From: an uncultured delta proteobacterium
GTDB taxonomy: Bacteria; Desulfobacterota; Binatia; UBA9968
Direction of reading: 5' to 3'
Length of the DNA stretch: 64,000 nucleotides
NCBI GenBank assembly: GCA_963737905.1
Contig: CAVTUQ010000003.1
Span: 38,485 to 102,484, forward strand
This document shows, one piece after another, positions 51,220 through 61,309 of this stretch. The position numbers were made by a program, and so were the translations under genes. The notes below the pieces were generated by a model, which was given only the letters and a program-made list of their open reading frames with translations, was not told the DNA's origin and ran no database searches. The first letter of the stretch is position 1; every line of letters begins with the position of its first letter.

Positions 51220-51519
51220 ACAGTGAGCCGTCAGCAGTGACCAGTAAGCAGCGGGCCGCATGGCGCTCAGCGCAAAGCGTTTTGTCCCCTGCTGTTGGCT
51301 CACTGATCGCGTCAAGATGCTTTTCGGAATCTATCTTTACCACAGAGACGCGGAGCACACAGAAGTCGGAATATTTTTTAACAATGCTTTGCTCTGCGCC
51401 CTCGGGCGCCTCAGCGGTGAATAATTCTCCGATTCCCTCTTTGCGTGAGTCTACCGTTCGGCTTAGCGCTGGGCGCTGAGCGCCTTGCGCTCTGGTACTG
51501 CTTTCTGCTTCCTGCTCAC
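51220..51519. repeat. Three-family nested inverted repeat
   Basis: Outer GCAGTGA-type arms, middle GCGCxxA-type arms, inner ~86-bp cacagagacg...cagcggtga hairpin. Confidence 0.75.
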
Positions 51520-52745
51520 AGTATCGTCACCTCTGGAATGGGTATAACAAATTGGCCGCCCCAATCGCGTATGTATCGCATCTGACCCATGACTTCGTCT
51601 TTGAGGTTCCACGGTAAAATCATCACATAATCCGGCCGGGTCTCTTTGATTTTTTCCGGGCGACAGATCGGGATATGTGTCCCGGGCAGAAAATGTTCCT
51701 GCTTATGGGGGCTCCGATCCACCGTGTAGTCGAGGAGATCCGAGCGGATACCGCAGTAATTTAACAGCGTGTTCCCTTTTGCCGGAGCGCCATAGCCGAC
51801 AACGGATTTCTCCTGGTCTTTGGCTGCAATCAGAAATTCAAGGAGCTTACGCTTGGTTTTCTTGACCCGTTCGCCAAAAGAAAGATAGTGCTCGACGGTT
51901 TTAAAACCGGCCTGTTGCTCTCTCGAAAGGAGCTCGGCCACTCGGTCGCCGATCGGTTTTTCCGCATCTTCCTGATGACACACATAAATCCTGACAGAGC
52001 CCCCGTGGGTGGGTAGCTCTTCAACGTCGAAAACTCTGAGCCCGTGGCGATCGAAAAGATCGCACGCCGTAACCAGTGAAAAGTAGGAAAGATGCTCGTG
52101 GTAGATGGTGTCGAATTGGTTCTCCTCCATCAGCCGCATGAGATGCGGGAATTCCAATGTGATGACACCCGCAGGAGCGAGCAAAATTTTCAATCCGGAC
52201 ACAAAATCATTCAGATCCGGCACATGAGCGAGAACGTTATTTCCGACGATCAAGTCTGCCCGCTTTCCACCATTGATCAGATCGCGAGCCGTGTTCTCGC
52301 CAAAAAAGCGAACTTCGGTCGGAATACCGCGTCGTATGGCCTCCTCGGCCACATTTCGAGCTGGCTCAATTCCCAGGACGGGGATGCCGTTTGCCACAAA
52401 ATATTGAAGGAGGTAGCCGTCATTACTGGCGATCTCCACGACCCAGTTCTCCTTGTTCAAACCGAACCGGCGCGCCACAGCATCGGTATAGCTCTTGGCG
52501 TGCTCGAGCCAGCTATCGGAATAAGATGAGAAATAAGCGTAATCCGAAAAAATCTCCTCGGGCTTTGCCACGGATTCCAACTGCACCAGAAAGCAGGCAA
52601 GACAGAGGCGGACATGAAGCGGATAAAATGGCTCCATTTGGTTCAGTTGAGCAGCTTTCAAATAGGAATTCGCCAGAGGAGACATACCGAGATCGACAAA
52701 GGTATGGCTCAACGTTTCTCCGCAATTTCGACAACTCGGTATCAT
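51516..52745 (-). CDS. NDP-hexose C-methyltransferase (Zn-binding N-terminus, TcaB9/EryBIII-like)
   Basis: CRNCG, CLACFLVQ, EIASNDG, FDTIYHEH, HGGS, YGAPAKGNT, ILPWN. Confidence 0.9.
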   Translation of the reverse strand: MIPSCRNCGETLSHTFVDLGMSPLANSYLKAAQLNQMEPFYPLHVRLCLACFLVQLESVAKPEEIFSDYAYFSSYSDSWLEHAKSYTDAVARRFGLNKENWVVEIASNDGYLLQYFVANGIPVLGIEPARNVAEEAIRRGIPTEVRFFGENTARDLINGGKRADLIVGNNVLAHVPDLNDFVSGLKILLAPAGVITLEFPHLMRLMEENQFDTIYHEHLSYFSLVTACDLFDRHGLRVFDVEELPTHGGSVRIYVCHQEDAEKPIGDRVAELLSREQQAGFKTVEHYLSFGERVKKTKRKLLEFLIAAKDQEKSVVGYGAPAKGNTLLNYCGIRSDLLDYTVDRSPHKQEHFLPGTHIPICRPEKIKETRPDYVMILPWNLKDEVMGQMRYIRDWGGQFVIPIPEVTIL

Positions 52746-52757
52746 TGCAAATCGATT

Positions 52758-52925
52758 TTCACCACAGAGACGCAGAGTTCGCAGAGATCGGAGTGGGTGT
52801 TGACCAAGAACTCTTACTCTGCGCTCTCCGTGCCTCCGCGGTGAATACTTCTCCGATTCTCTCTTCGCGCGAGTCTCGCGTTCGGCTAAGCACGTGGCGC
52901 ACAGCGCTTTGCGTTATGCCCTTCG
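52758..52925. repeat. ~86-bp dispersed hairpin element plus extension shared with the 51337-51468 copy
   Basis: ttcaccacagagacgcagagttcgcagagatcggag...accaagaactc...ctccgcggtgaa, near-identical to 3897-3982. Confidence 0.85.
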
Positions 52926-53989
52926 CCAGTTAGTGCGCGAGCGCCGGCATCTTGGTTTCCCAAATTCCAGTAAAAATCTTTGTCGATCTGTCCGGTTTGC
53001 AGGAGATGCTCCAACTGCTTAAGCCGCGTGTAGGCGCGAAACTCAAACGTTTCTAAGGACATGCCGATGCGTTGAAACAATGCCAACAGCTCGCTCGCAC
53101 CCGTCCTCACGTCCCTTTGACACCTGAAACCGGGGAGCAACGCATGGATTTTATCGAACCTGACCCGATAGCTGCGATTATCTCCGTCGCTTTTTCCGAA
53201 ACTCAACTCGCAGCCAGGGAAACCATCGGCGACGGCCTGGGCAATTTCTCGCACCTGGTAATTTGCCGACGTTGAGCCGACATTAAAGATTTGGTTGTGA
53301 ACCATCTGTCTTGGAGCTTCGAGAGCACACGCGACTGCATGGGCAATGTCCAGAACATGGACTAGCGGGCGCCAGGGGCTACCGTCGCTGGTCATTTTGA
53401 TTTCTTTCGTGGTCCAGGCGAAGCCGGCCAGATTGTTGAGCACGAGATCGAACCGCATCCGAGGCGAAGGACCGTAGGCGGTGGCGTTGCGCAAAAAGGT
53501 GGGGGAGAAATTGTCCGATGCGAGCGCCGATAGGTCTCGCTCAACTAAGACTTTACACCTGGCATAAGCGGTCTGAGGGTTGGGCTCGGATTCCTCGGTT
53601 TTATAGCCTCCGCCGTCTGCCGCGCCGTAGATGCTGCATGATGAAGTGTAGACCAGTCGGGGAACGCCCGCCCCTATCGCTTTTTTAGCCAGCTCTACGG
53701 TTCCCTGGTGATTGATCTGGTAGGTGAGCTCAGGACTATGCTGTCCCAGCGGATCATTTGACAGTTCGGCTAAATGGACAATGGCGTCAAAGCCGCGCAA
53801 GTCGTCTTCTGTAACGCGCCGAATGTCCTGGTTAATGCAGAACGGCACTTGCTTATTTTCGTCGGTATACAACAACCCATCGCAATAGTAGCCTGTATCC
53901 AAACCCGTGACGTTATGACCGCGTTCCACTAACACCGAAGACAGCTGAGCGCCGATATACCCGTCGATTCCTGTAACCAGTACTTTCAT
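52886..53989 (-). CDS. NAD-dependent nucleotide-sugar epimerase/dehydratase (extended SDR)
   Basis: TGIDGYIG, HLAELSNDPLG, SSCSIYG, YARCK, RNATAYG. Confidence 0.92.
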   Translation of the reverse strand: MKVLVTGIDGYIGAQLSSVLVERGHNVTGLDTGYYCDGLLYTDENKQVPFCINQDIRRVTEDDLRGFDAIVHLAELSNDPLGQHSPELTYQINHQGTVELAKKAIGAGVPRLVYTSSCSIYGAADGGGYKTEESEPNPQTAYARCKVLVERDLSALASDNFSPTFLRNATAYGPSPRMRFDLVLNNLAGFAWTTKEIKMTSDGSPWRPLVHVLDIAHAVACALEAPRQMVHNQIFNVGSTSANYQVREIAQAVADGFPGCELSFGKSDGDNRSYRVRFDKIHALLPGFRCQRDVRTGASELLALFQRIGMSLETFEFRAYTRLKQLEHLLQTGQIDKDFYWNLGNQDAGARALTGEGHNAKRCAPRA

Positions 53990-54002
53990 TGTGTCTCCAG
54001 CT

Positions 54003-54821
54003 TCACCTTGCGCTCGATGCTCTGAGAGAACCGATTCTCGCCTCAGCCTTGTCCCATACCCTCCAGGGCGCTTTGTTCGATTTCCAGAGCTCTTCGAGCA
54101 TATTTTTTTCTTTCAGGGTATCCATACAAGACCAAAATCCTCGATGCGGGTAACCGGCCATTTGGCCTTCTCGAGCCAAATGCTCAACTGGCTCCCGCTC
54201 CCAAACAGTCTGGTCGCCGTCGATATAGTTCAAGACTTTAGCGTTGAGAACAAAAAAACCACCGCTGATCCATCCCTCTCCTTCTTCGGGCTTCTCGTAA
54301 AACTCTGTGACAAGATCGTTCTCCATGGCCATTCTGCCGAAGCGAGCCGGAGGGCGAACTGCAGTAACGGTCGCCAATTTGCCGTGGGCTCTATGGAATT
54401 GGAGCACGGCATGGAGGTCGATATCGGCTACCCCGTCCCCGTACGTGAACATGAAAGTTTCATTCTTGTCCAACCAGGAAGCCAGCCGCTTCAGCCGGCC
54501 GCCGGTCTCGGTGTACAGACCGGTGTTGACCAGATGAATCTTCCAGTCCGGCTGATTGCCGTCGTGAATGGTGGTTTTGCCGGAGCTGAGATCGATGGAG
54601 ATATCGTTATTGAGCGCGTAGAAATTGAGGAAATATTCTTTGACGATTTCGGCTTTATATCCCAGAGCGATTATAAACTCCTTGACTCCGTAGGCAGCAT
54701 AGATGTTCATGATATGCCAGAGGATCGGACTACCGCCGATTTCGACCATTGGTTTGGGACGCAAGATAGTTTCCTCAGACAAGCGAGACCCGAATCCACC
54801 CGCCAATATGATTGCTTTCAC
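54003..54821 (-). CDS. rfbF: Glucose-1-phosphate cytidylyltransferase
   Basis: ILAGGFGSRLSEET..RPKPM, TGGRLKR, TYGDGVAD, GFWSCMDTL. Confidence 0.95.
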   Translation of the reverse strand: MKAIILAGGFGSRLSEETILRPKPMVEIGGSPILWHIMNIYAAYGVKEFIIALGYKAEIVKEYFLNFYALNNDISIDLSSGKTTIHDGNQPDWKIHLVNTGLYTETGGRLKRLASWLDKNETFMFTYGDGVADIDLHAVLQFHRAHGKLATVTAVRPPARFGRMAMENDLVTEFYEKPEEGEGWISGGFFVLNAKVLNYIDGDQTVWEREPVEHLAREGQMAGYPHRGFWSCMDTLKEKNMLEELWKSNKAPWRVWDKAEARIGSLRASSAR

Positions 54822-54921
54822 AGGAACCCCCCTGAAATATTGTTAATCCTAAGAATATTGCAAAATTCTTTTGATGGGTGAAACTAGATTATGTAGCAAG
54901 CGGATAAAGCAAAACGAGAGA

Positions 54922-56280
54922 TTACTGATATCGCTCCGGCATGCCGACCACAACTAGCTGCTCAATTAATCTTTCTATCTCGCTCGTGCGCTTTCCTTGC
55001 GTCAAATCACTGAGGGCCTGCAAAGTGACGGAGACGGTTTCCGGCTCATACTGCTTACAGTCTCCGTCCTCTTGCTCGTACCAGGCTGAAGGGAATGTGC
55101 GACGCAAATAAGCGTTGCTGCGTCCGTTACCGCGATCTTCTTTGTAGAGCGGGTTTATCTCTAGACGGCCTTCAGCATGCGGCCAGTCTGCAAAACAGCC
55201 GTAATTCCGAAACACATCCTCTCGATAGGATGCCACTAATGACAGCCACGGTTCCGAAGCGAGGCGATCTATTTCCGTCAATGGCGTCAAAGAAGGACCT
55301 CGCTTTTTTAGATATCGGCCCAGGATGTCACTATTGGCAGCCAGACAATGAGGCATACCGGTGAAAAGAGTGTCATAACCCTCCGGAGGGAGCGTCCCCC
55401 GATACTGGGGCAGATGCCGATCCACGAGCGAGTTACGCAGGGTGGCTAGAATGATGGATCCGTGACTTGCCGTCAGGCGTTTCAACTCACGAGCGCAATT
55501 TGCTTTTCCGACAAACCAGTGGAAGGCATCCGAACAGAAGACCGTTGAGAAAGCGCCGTTCGGGAACGGTTGTCCGATATCAGCCTCGGCGCAAACGTAA
55601 TCAGCCCCTGGAGCAATCCAGTTCTTCGCCACATAGAGCATAAAAAAATTACGATCCAACCCGATGACTGGCTGGCCTTCAGCGCGACTCACCAAATGGC
55701 GCGTGATGTGTCCAAAACCGCAAGCCAGATCTAACACCGGTTTATCAGGCGTACGAATAAGGCACGCAAGGGACAACGCCACGAGATGGCGCGGTTGACC
55801 GAAACGGAAAGCAAAATAGCCGAAGGGCTCCCTCGCATCTCCCGTCGAGCGACAGAAGTAAAAATCAAAGAGTTCGCGACCTGTGATCTGATCTCCTAGT
55901 TGGGTCAGATAAGCCCTGCCATGCTTTTTCCAACTCCGCAGCCGCGGTTTTCCGATGAGAGTTTTGACACGGCCTATTCCCCTCAGGGAGGGAAGTGCCT
56001 GGATCCATCGCGGTGCGAATTCTGCGCTGTGAGGAGACGGCAAAATCATGGCAAGTAGTGCTTCGTTGTACCTCCCGGCCTCTATCGAATTGATCACTTG
56101 GTTGGCAGTCTGATGGTTGGTGCCGATCGCACCTTTTTTTAGAATTGGAATGCCGGCCACCACGGGGTAACGATCACAACAACAGGATAAGACACCGAAT
56201 CCGGACTTCTGCTCAATTCGTTCGGTTCCGCTGAGTGCCCCACCACAAAAAGGACAGTAAAGCAGTTGTGTTAGAGACAT
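54922..56280 (-). CDS. SAM-dependent methyltransferase with N-terminal Trm112-like zinc ribbon
   Basis: CPFCGG...CCCDRYPVVAGIPIL; VLDLACGFG; PFPNGAF. Confidence 0.78.
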   Translation of the reverse strand: MSLTQLLYCPFCGGALSGTERIEQKSGFGVLSCCCDRYPVVAGIPILKKGAIGTNHQTANQVINSIEAGRYNEALLAMILPSPHSAEFAPRWIQALPSLRGIGRVKTLIGKPRLRSWKKHGRAYLTQLGDQITGRELFDFYFCRSTGDAREPFGYFAFRFGQPRHLVALSLACLIRTPDKPVLDLACGFGHITRHLVSRAEGQPVIGLDRNFFMLYVAKNWIAPGADYVCAEADIGQPFPNGAFSTVFCSDAFHWFVGKANCARELKRLTASHGSIILATLRNSLVDRHLPQYRGTLPPEGYDTLFTGMPHCLAANSDILGRYLKKRGPSLTPLTEIDRLASEPWLSLVASYREDVFRNYGCFADWPHAEGRLEINPLYKEDRGNGRSNAYLRRTFPSAWYEQEDGDCKQYEPETVSVTLQALSDLTQGKRTSEIERLIEQLVVVGMPERYQ

Positions 56281-56362
56281 TGATTTTTCACATTTTTTTT
56301 CTTTTATCAACTCCAACCGCCCAAGTTTAGGTATCGGTTTTTTGCGTCGTCATCTCGCAATT

Positions 56363-57661
56363 TTAGAGCGGACTGAATTCAGTGCTCCACTTCAGAAGGG
56401 GTCTGACAACTCCTTCGAAACTACCGTTCCAATCACCGCGCGCGGAGTCGCCTTCCAGAGTGTCCACGACCTGGAAAGCGACCGCTTCACGTACAGAAAA
56501 TTGTTTGCTAACAGGCTCTTCAGTAATAAGCCCGGGCGTCACAAACAGGATACCTTCCGATAAGAGATTTCCGGGAATGCAAGCAATGCTCACCCACCGG
56601 CCGCATGGGCGGGGGCGGCCTCGCCACATGGGATCGAGGTCGATGGCTTCAAACGCCATCACTCCGTTTTGCGTAACAAACTGTATATAGGATAAAAGCA
56701 TGCGGCCCGGCTCAAGCACTTCATATTCGACTTCGATATGAACCGGCCGACGGATGTCCACGGTATCTGTAATCTGGCCGTCTTCGTTGCGCACGCGAAC
56801 TGCGCGCAGTCGAGCCACATTACCGCCAGGTGCCTTTGTCGGGTCCGGCCACTCACGTGTACACGTGGAGGCGAGTCCGGAACTCAGGTAAACACTAACT
56901 ACTTCGGCCGCCGGCCCGTCCTTTACTACTTTTCCTTCGTTGATTAGAACTGCTCGGCTACACATGCGTGTGATCGCAGACATGTTGTGCGACACGAGCA
57001 GCACCGTACGGCCTTGCTGCCCAATGTCCTCCATTTTATCCAGACATTTCCTTTGGAAATTCGCATCGCCGACGGCCAGGACTTCATCGACGATCAGGAT
57101 TTCCGGCTCGAGATAAGCCGCCACCGCGAACGCGAGCCGGAGATACATGCCGGTAGAAAAATGCTTGACCGGTGTATCTATAAAGGTCTCTATCTCGGCA
57201 AAGGCGACGATTTCGTCGAACTTTCGCTCGATTTCCGCTTTCCTCATTCCCAGAATGGCGCCATTCAGGTAAATGTTTTCTCTGCCGGTTAGCTCCGGAT
57301 GAAAACCGGTGCCGACTTCCAACAACGAGCCTACGCGGCCGCAAATTTCAGCAAACCCGGTTGTGGGCTCGGTGATGCGTGAAAGAATCTTGAGCAGGGT
57401 GCTTTTGCCGGCTCCGTTGCGGCCAATGATCCCAACAACCTCACCGCGGTTTACTGTGAACGAAACATCTTTTAGCGCCCAAAAACTGTGATCGAGGTTG
57501 CCAGGCCGGAGATCACGAAGTTGCATCTTTGAACGGAGACGGTGAAGGGGGGCGGTAAAGGAATCCGTTAACGCCTCACGCAGAGTCTTGTACCCTGTCT
57601 GTCTTGCACCGATCCGGTAGAGCTTACTTAGCCCATCAATTCGAATAGCGAGGTCGTTCAT
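56363..57661 (-). CDS. wzt: Polysaccharide ABC exporter ATP-binding subunit with Wzt C-terminal domain
   Basis: GRNGAGKSTLLK, LLEVGTGFHPELTGREN, HFSTGM, ILIVDEVLAVGD. Confidence 0.95.
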   Translation of the reverse strand: MNDLAIRIDGLSKLYRIGARQTGYKTLREALTDSFTAPLHRLRSKMQLRDLRPGNLDHSFWALKDVSFTVNRGEVVGIIGRNGAGKSTLLKILSRITEPTTGFAEICGRVGSLLEVGTGFHPELTGRENIYLNGAILGMRKAEIERKFDEIVAFAEIETFIDTPVKHFSTGMYLRLAFAVAAYLEPEILIVDEVLAVGDANFQRKCLDKMEDIGQQGRTVLLVSHNMSAITRMCSRAVLINEGKVVKDGPAAEVVSVYLSSGLASTCTREWPDPTKAPGGNVARLRAVRVRNEDGQITDTVDIRRPVHIEVEYEVLEPGRMLLSYIQFVTQNGVMAFEAIDLDPMWRGRPRPCGRWVSIACIPGNLLSEGILFVTPGLITEEPVSKQFSVREAVAFQVVDTLEGDSARGDWNGSFEGVVRPLLKWSTEFSPL

Positions 57662-57666
57662 CAGCT

Positions 57667-58071
57667 CTAGCCTAGGTTGAGTGTCGAAAGTCTAGCGTTG
57701 AGAGGCCTACTCTTGACGCTCGGTTTGATAGTGCGGCGAAGTCCGCTCAACATTTTCGCTAATTCTTCTGCCTGCTTGTAAGTCCTTTCGAAAGCTGTAT
57801 TAGGTACAAGTTTCTGGTTTTGGGCGATTCTTAACTCCGAGACGGACTCTAGCAATGACCCGTAAGCGATTTCGATAAAGCGATTGAAGTCGATCCTGGA
57901 TGATCGAGACGATCCCTCGGCGATATTAGAAGATACAGAGACTGAAGACCGGCGTAGTTGGCTTGTTAGACCAAACCGCTCCTCTTCCGGAAATGTTCTG
58001 GTTACATAATAAATCGTGCCCGCATACTCCACAGCTCTGTGCCATACCTCTAGCTTTTCAAGCCCAAACAT
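57667..58071 (-). CDS. Four-helix-bundle protein (23S-rRNA-IVS/Avd-like family)
   Basis: LEVW...FPEEERFGLTSQLRRSSVSVSSNIAEG...IAYGSL; GGAGG RBS. Confidence 0.93.
   Translation of the reverse strand: MFGLEKLEVWHRAVEYAGTIYYVTRTFPEEERFGLTSQLRRSSVSVSSNIAEGSSRSSRIDFNRFIEIAYGSLLESVSELRIAQNQKLVPNTAFERTYKQAEELAKMLSGLRRTIKPSVKSRPLNARLSTLNLG
57676..57703. repeat. 7-mer array, inverted partner of 58082-58146
   Basis: gttgagt-gtcgaaa-gtctagc-gttgaga. Confidence 0.6.
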
Positions 58072-58081
58072 ATCGCCTCCA

Positions 58082-58146
<65 letters not shown>

Positions 58147-58147
58147 A

Positions 58148-58993
58148 TCACACCACATCCGCGAAGGTTTTTTCCATGCGGCGGAAGTAAAAAGCGCCCC
58201 CGACCAAGATCGCCAACGCTGCGAGCGAAGAGGCGACAATGATGGGGCCAGGCGCTGTATTGGTTCCCAATAACGCCCAGCGGAAGCCTTCGACTACACC
58301 TACCATCGGGTTCAATCCGTACACCGTGCGCCAAGGCTCGGAGAGCAGGCTACTTGGATAGGCGATGGGGGTCGAAAACATCCAAAATTGAGTCAGGAAG
58401 GGCACCGTATAGCGAACGTCCCGGAACTCGACATTCAGCGCCGAAAGCCAAAGTCCCACGCCCAGCGAAGTGATCAGCGCCAGGAGGAAGAACAGCGGAA
58501 GCCACAGCGTATTGATGGTAGGTATCACGCCGTAATAGAGCATCATCCCGAGCAAAACAATAAATGCCAGCGCAAAATCCACTACTCCCGCCAGTATAGT
58601 AGCGACGGGCACAGCCAGGCGCGGGAAATAAACTTTCTTGATCAAATCGGCGCTGCCCACCAGGCTGTTTGAGGATTGGTTCAAACCGTTCGCAAAAAAT
58701 GTCCAAGGCACCAAGGCGGCAAAGCTGAAGATCGGATAGGGAACACCATCGGAAGGAATTCCTGCGAGGCGTCCGAAAAACAAGCTGAAAACTATCATAG
58801 TAAAAAACGGTTGGATGATGGCCCAAGTGGCACCCAGGAGAGTTTGCTTGTAGCGTACCTTAACATCGCGCCAGGTTAGGAAGTAAAGCAATTCTCGATA
58901 CTCCCATAACTCGCGCAGCTTGAGCGAAACCCAGCCACGCGAAGGCTCGATCCGGATGACCGGCGGGGTGATGGCGTTTTCTTTGGTTGACAT
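58148..58993 (-). CDS. wzm: Polysaccharide ABC exporter permease
   Basis: RDVKVRYKQTLLG, LIKKVYFPR, FRDVRY, LNPMVGVVEGFRW, FADVV. Confidence 0.95.
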   Translation of the reverse strand: MSTKENAITPPVIRIEPSRGWVSLKLRELWEYRELLYFLTWRDVKVRYKQTLLGATWAIIQPFFTMIVFSLFFGRLAGIPSDGVPYPIFSFAALVPWTFFANGLNQSSNSLVGSADLIKKVYFPRLAVPVATILAGVVDFALAFIVLLGMMLYYGVIPTINTLWLPLFFLLALITSLGVGLWLSALNVEFRDVRYTVPFLTQFWMFSTPIAYPSSLLSEPWRTVYGLNPMVGVVEGFRWALLGTNTAPGPIIVASSLAALAILVGGAFYFRRMEKTFADVV

Positions 58994-59029
58994 TAATCAG
59001 TTCTTCCTACGAACGCTGTTGGTCCTGAG

Positions 59030-59169
59030 ACTTTCTCTGTACTCCGTGTCTCTGCGGTGAATAAGAATTCTGATTTCGGAGATCTCACCGCCGAGGCGCC
59101 GAGGACGCAGAGTAAAGAGTTCTTGGTCAAGAATACTCCGATCTCTGAACTCTGCGTCTCCGTCGTGAT
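59030..59169. repeat. Reverse copy of the ~86-bp hairpin element plus a half arm
   Basis: Reverse complement of 59083-59169 matches 3897 and 52758 copies including the loop accaagaactctttactc. Confidence 0.85.
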
Positions 59170-59186
59170 TAGAACCCCGAAAGATA

Positions 59187-59786
59187 TTACGATAGCGTCT
59201 TAAATCCAAACAACTTGGGCAAGGTCTTCAAAATCAAACCGAGATCAAAGAAAAGTGACGAGCGGCTAACATACTCTTCAGCCAGACGGATCTTGTCGGG
59301 CAGAATGCGCTTGACATATTCTTCTTCGGGATTTTTGAACTGACCTAAAACTTTCGCTTCATCCTGATATTTGAGAGAAGCCATGTCTGTTACGCCAGGC
59401 CGTACTTTCAAAATCTTTTCGTAGTCGGATCGAAACAACTCCACATACTCGCGCACCTCTGGTCGTGGACCGACAAAGGTCATCTCGCCTTTGAGCACGT
59501 TAATGAATTGTGGCAGCTCATCGATCTTGGTCTTCCGCAAAAACCGTCCTATGCGCGTAATCCGCGGATCTTCTCCCACGGTCAGGGGCCGCCCGGCCGA
59601 GGTTTGTCTCATCGTGCGAAACTTGTAAATCCAAAAAGGACGGAAGTTTCTCCCGATGCGTTCTTGTTTAAAAAAGACAGGGCCTTCGGAGTCACGCTTG
59701 ATCAACAAAGCCACAATGGCCAGCACAGGAAGGAGCAGGATCAGACCGACCAGGGAGATGGTGATATCGAATGCGCGCTTCATCAC
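59187..59786 (-). CDS. Monotopic phosphoglycosyltransferase (PglC/WcaJ-type sugar transferase)
   Basis: KRAFDI, KFRTM, DPRITRIG, IDELPQ, VGPRPE, RPGVT. Confidence 0.95.
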   Translation of the reverse strand: MMKRAFDITISLVGLILLLPVLAIVALLIKRDSEGPVFFKQERIGRNFRPFWIYKFRTMRQTSAGRPLTVGEDPRITRIGRFLRKTKIDELPQFINVLKGEMTFVGPRPEVREYVELFRSDYEKILKVRPGVTDMASLKYQDEAKVLGQFKNPEEEYVKRILPDKIRLAEEYVSRSSLFFDLGLILKTLPKLFGFKTLS

Positions 59787-60943
59787 CGACGGTACTCCAG
59801 GACGAGCTTTCTCACGGCGACGATGACGTCGCGCACATCTGCTTCCGTCATCGCCGGGTAAATCGGTAGGGATACAATGCGCTCGAAGACCGCGCTAGCT
59901 TGAGGAAAATTCTCCGGCTGATAGTGGAACTTGTCGCGGTAAAACGGATGGAGATGGAGCGGGATAAAATGCACCGACGTCCCAATGTTTTGGCCTTTTA
60001 AAGCCTTAATGAAATCCTGGCGATTGGTTCTCATTCGCTCTGGATCCAGCTGAATGATATAAAGGTGCCACGCATGCTGCACATCCGGCAGACTCATCGG
60101 AATCCGGACCTCCGCCAAGTCCGCGAAAGCTTCGTGATAGTGACTGGCGATGCGTCGCCTGGCCTCCCAGAATCTGTCGCATCTTTTCAGTTGCTCGATT
60201 CCCAGCGCTGCAGCGATGTCGGTCAAGTTGTACTTGTAGCCGGGATGAATAATTTCGTAATACCAGGAACCTTTATCGGTATATCGATCCCAGGCATCCA
60301 AACTGATGCCATGGAGACTCATCGTTCTCATGCGATTGGCCCAGTCCGGATTTTCAGTCGTCGCCATTCCTCCTTCCCCCGTCGTAATCGTCTTCGTTGC
60401 ATAGAAAGAAAAACAGGTAATGTCACCCATCGTTCCGACTTTCTTGCCATGATAAGCAGCCGGCAGCGCATGGGCAGCGTCTTCAATCACTTTCAAATCG
60501 TGATGTCTGGCAAGCTCCAGGATTGAATTCATATCACATGGCTGGCCGCCCATGTGGACCGGGATAATAGCCTTCGTTCGTGGCGTAATAGCACTTTCGA
60601 TTTGGTCCGGGTCCAGATTCAAAGTATCCGGTTGGCAGTCCACGAGCACCGGATTGGCCTTGAAGTAAAGAACGACTTCGGCTGTGGCGGCGAAAGTCAT
60701 CGTAGGCACGATGACCTCGTCTCCCTCTTGGATCCCTATAGCATCCAAAGCCAGGTGAAGGGCCGCGGTTCCGGAATTAACGGCCACCGCATGGCTGCAA
60801 CCCAAATACCTGGCAAAGTCCTCCTCAAAGCGTTTGACCTTGGGACCCGTGGTGAGCCAGCCCGACCGCAACGTCTCCACAACTGACTGTACATCGTCGT
60901 CGGTAATTTCAGGCTTGTGAAAAGGCAAGAGTTGCATCGCCAT
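59783..60943 (-). CDS. DegT/DnrJ/PglE-family sugar aminotransferase
   Basis: SGWLTTGP, NSGTAALH, EDAAHA, SFYATKTITTGEGG, GYKYNLTD. Confidence 0.95.
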   Translation of the reverse strand: MAMQLLPFHKPEITDDDVQSVVETLRSGWLTTGPKVKRFEEDFARYLGCSHAVAVNSGTAALHLALDAIGIQEGDEVIVPTMTFAATAEVVLYFKANPVLVDCQPDTLNLDPDQIESAITPRTKAIIPVHMGGQPCDMNSILELARHHDLKVIEDAAHALPAAYHGKKVGTMGDITCFSFYATKTITTGEGGMATTENPDWANRMRTMSLHGISLDAWDRYTDKGSWYYEIIHPGYKYNLTDIAAALGIEQLKRCDRFWEARRRIASHYHEAFADLAEVRIPMSLPDVQHAWHLYIIQLDPERMRTNRQDFIKALKGQNIGTSVHFIPLHLHPFYRDKFHYQPENFPQASAVFERIVSLPIYPAMTEADVRDVIVAVRKLVLEYRR

Positions 60944-61036
60944 AATTCGATCCTCTATAGAAAGACGACCCCGCGCCTCCGCGGTGAGATATCCAAAATC
61001 CTTTCACCGCAGAGACTTAGACTTCGCAGATACTCA

Positions 61037-61189
61037 CTAAAATAACGTGTAGATGAACGGTGCGACGGCAGAACCTGAAGTAAAAATTACTAGGCCGCCC
61101 AGCAGAACAAGACAAAGGATAATCGGCAGCAACCAAAACTTTTTTCGCTCTCTCATGAAAGACCAAAGCTCTGACAAAAACTCAGCCAT
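61037..61189 (-). CDS. SxtK-like small membrane protein (DUF5989)
   Basis: FMRERKKFWLLP...SAVAPFIYTLF; AGGAGG RBS. Confidence 0.92.
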   Translation of the reverse strand: MAEFLSELWSFMRERKKFWLLPIILCLVLLGGLVIFTSGSAVAPFIYTLF

Positions 61190-61202
61190 CGTTACCTCCT
61201 TT

Positions 61203-61307
61203 GTCAGTGACCAATCAATAGTTGGCAATGAGCCGGAAGCAGCAGGACAGACTGTTCGCTACTTAAATGCTTACTGACGACTGTTTACCGCTTACTGCTA
61301 ACTGACT
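61203..61307. repeat. Empty inverted 7-mer array (GCAGTGA type)
   Basis: gtcagtga...gcaatgagccggaagcagca ... gcttactgacgactgtttaccgcttactgctaactgac. Confidence 0.65.
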
Positions 61308-61309
61308 CT

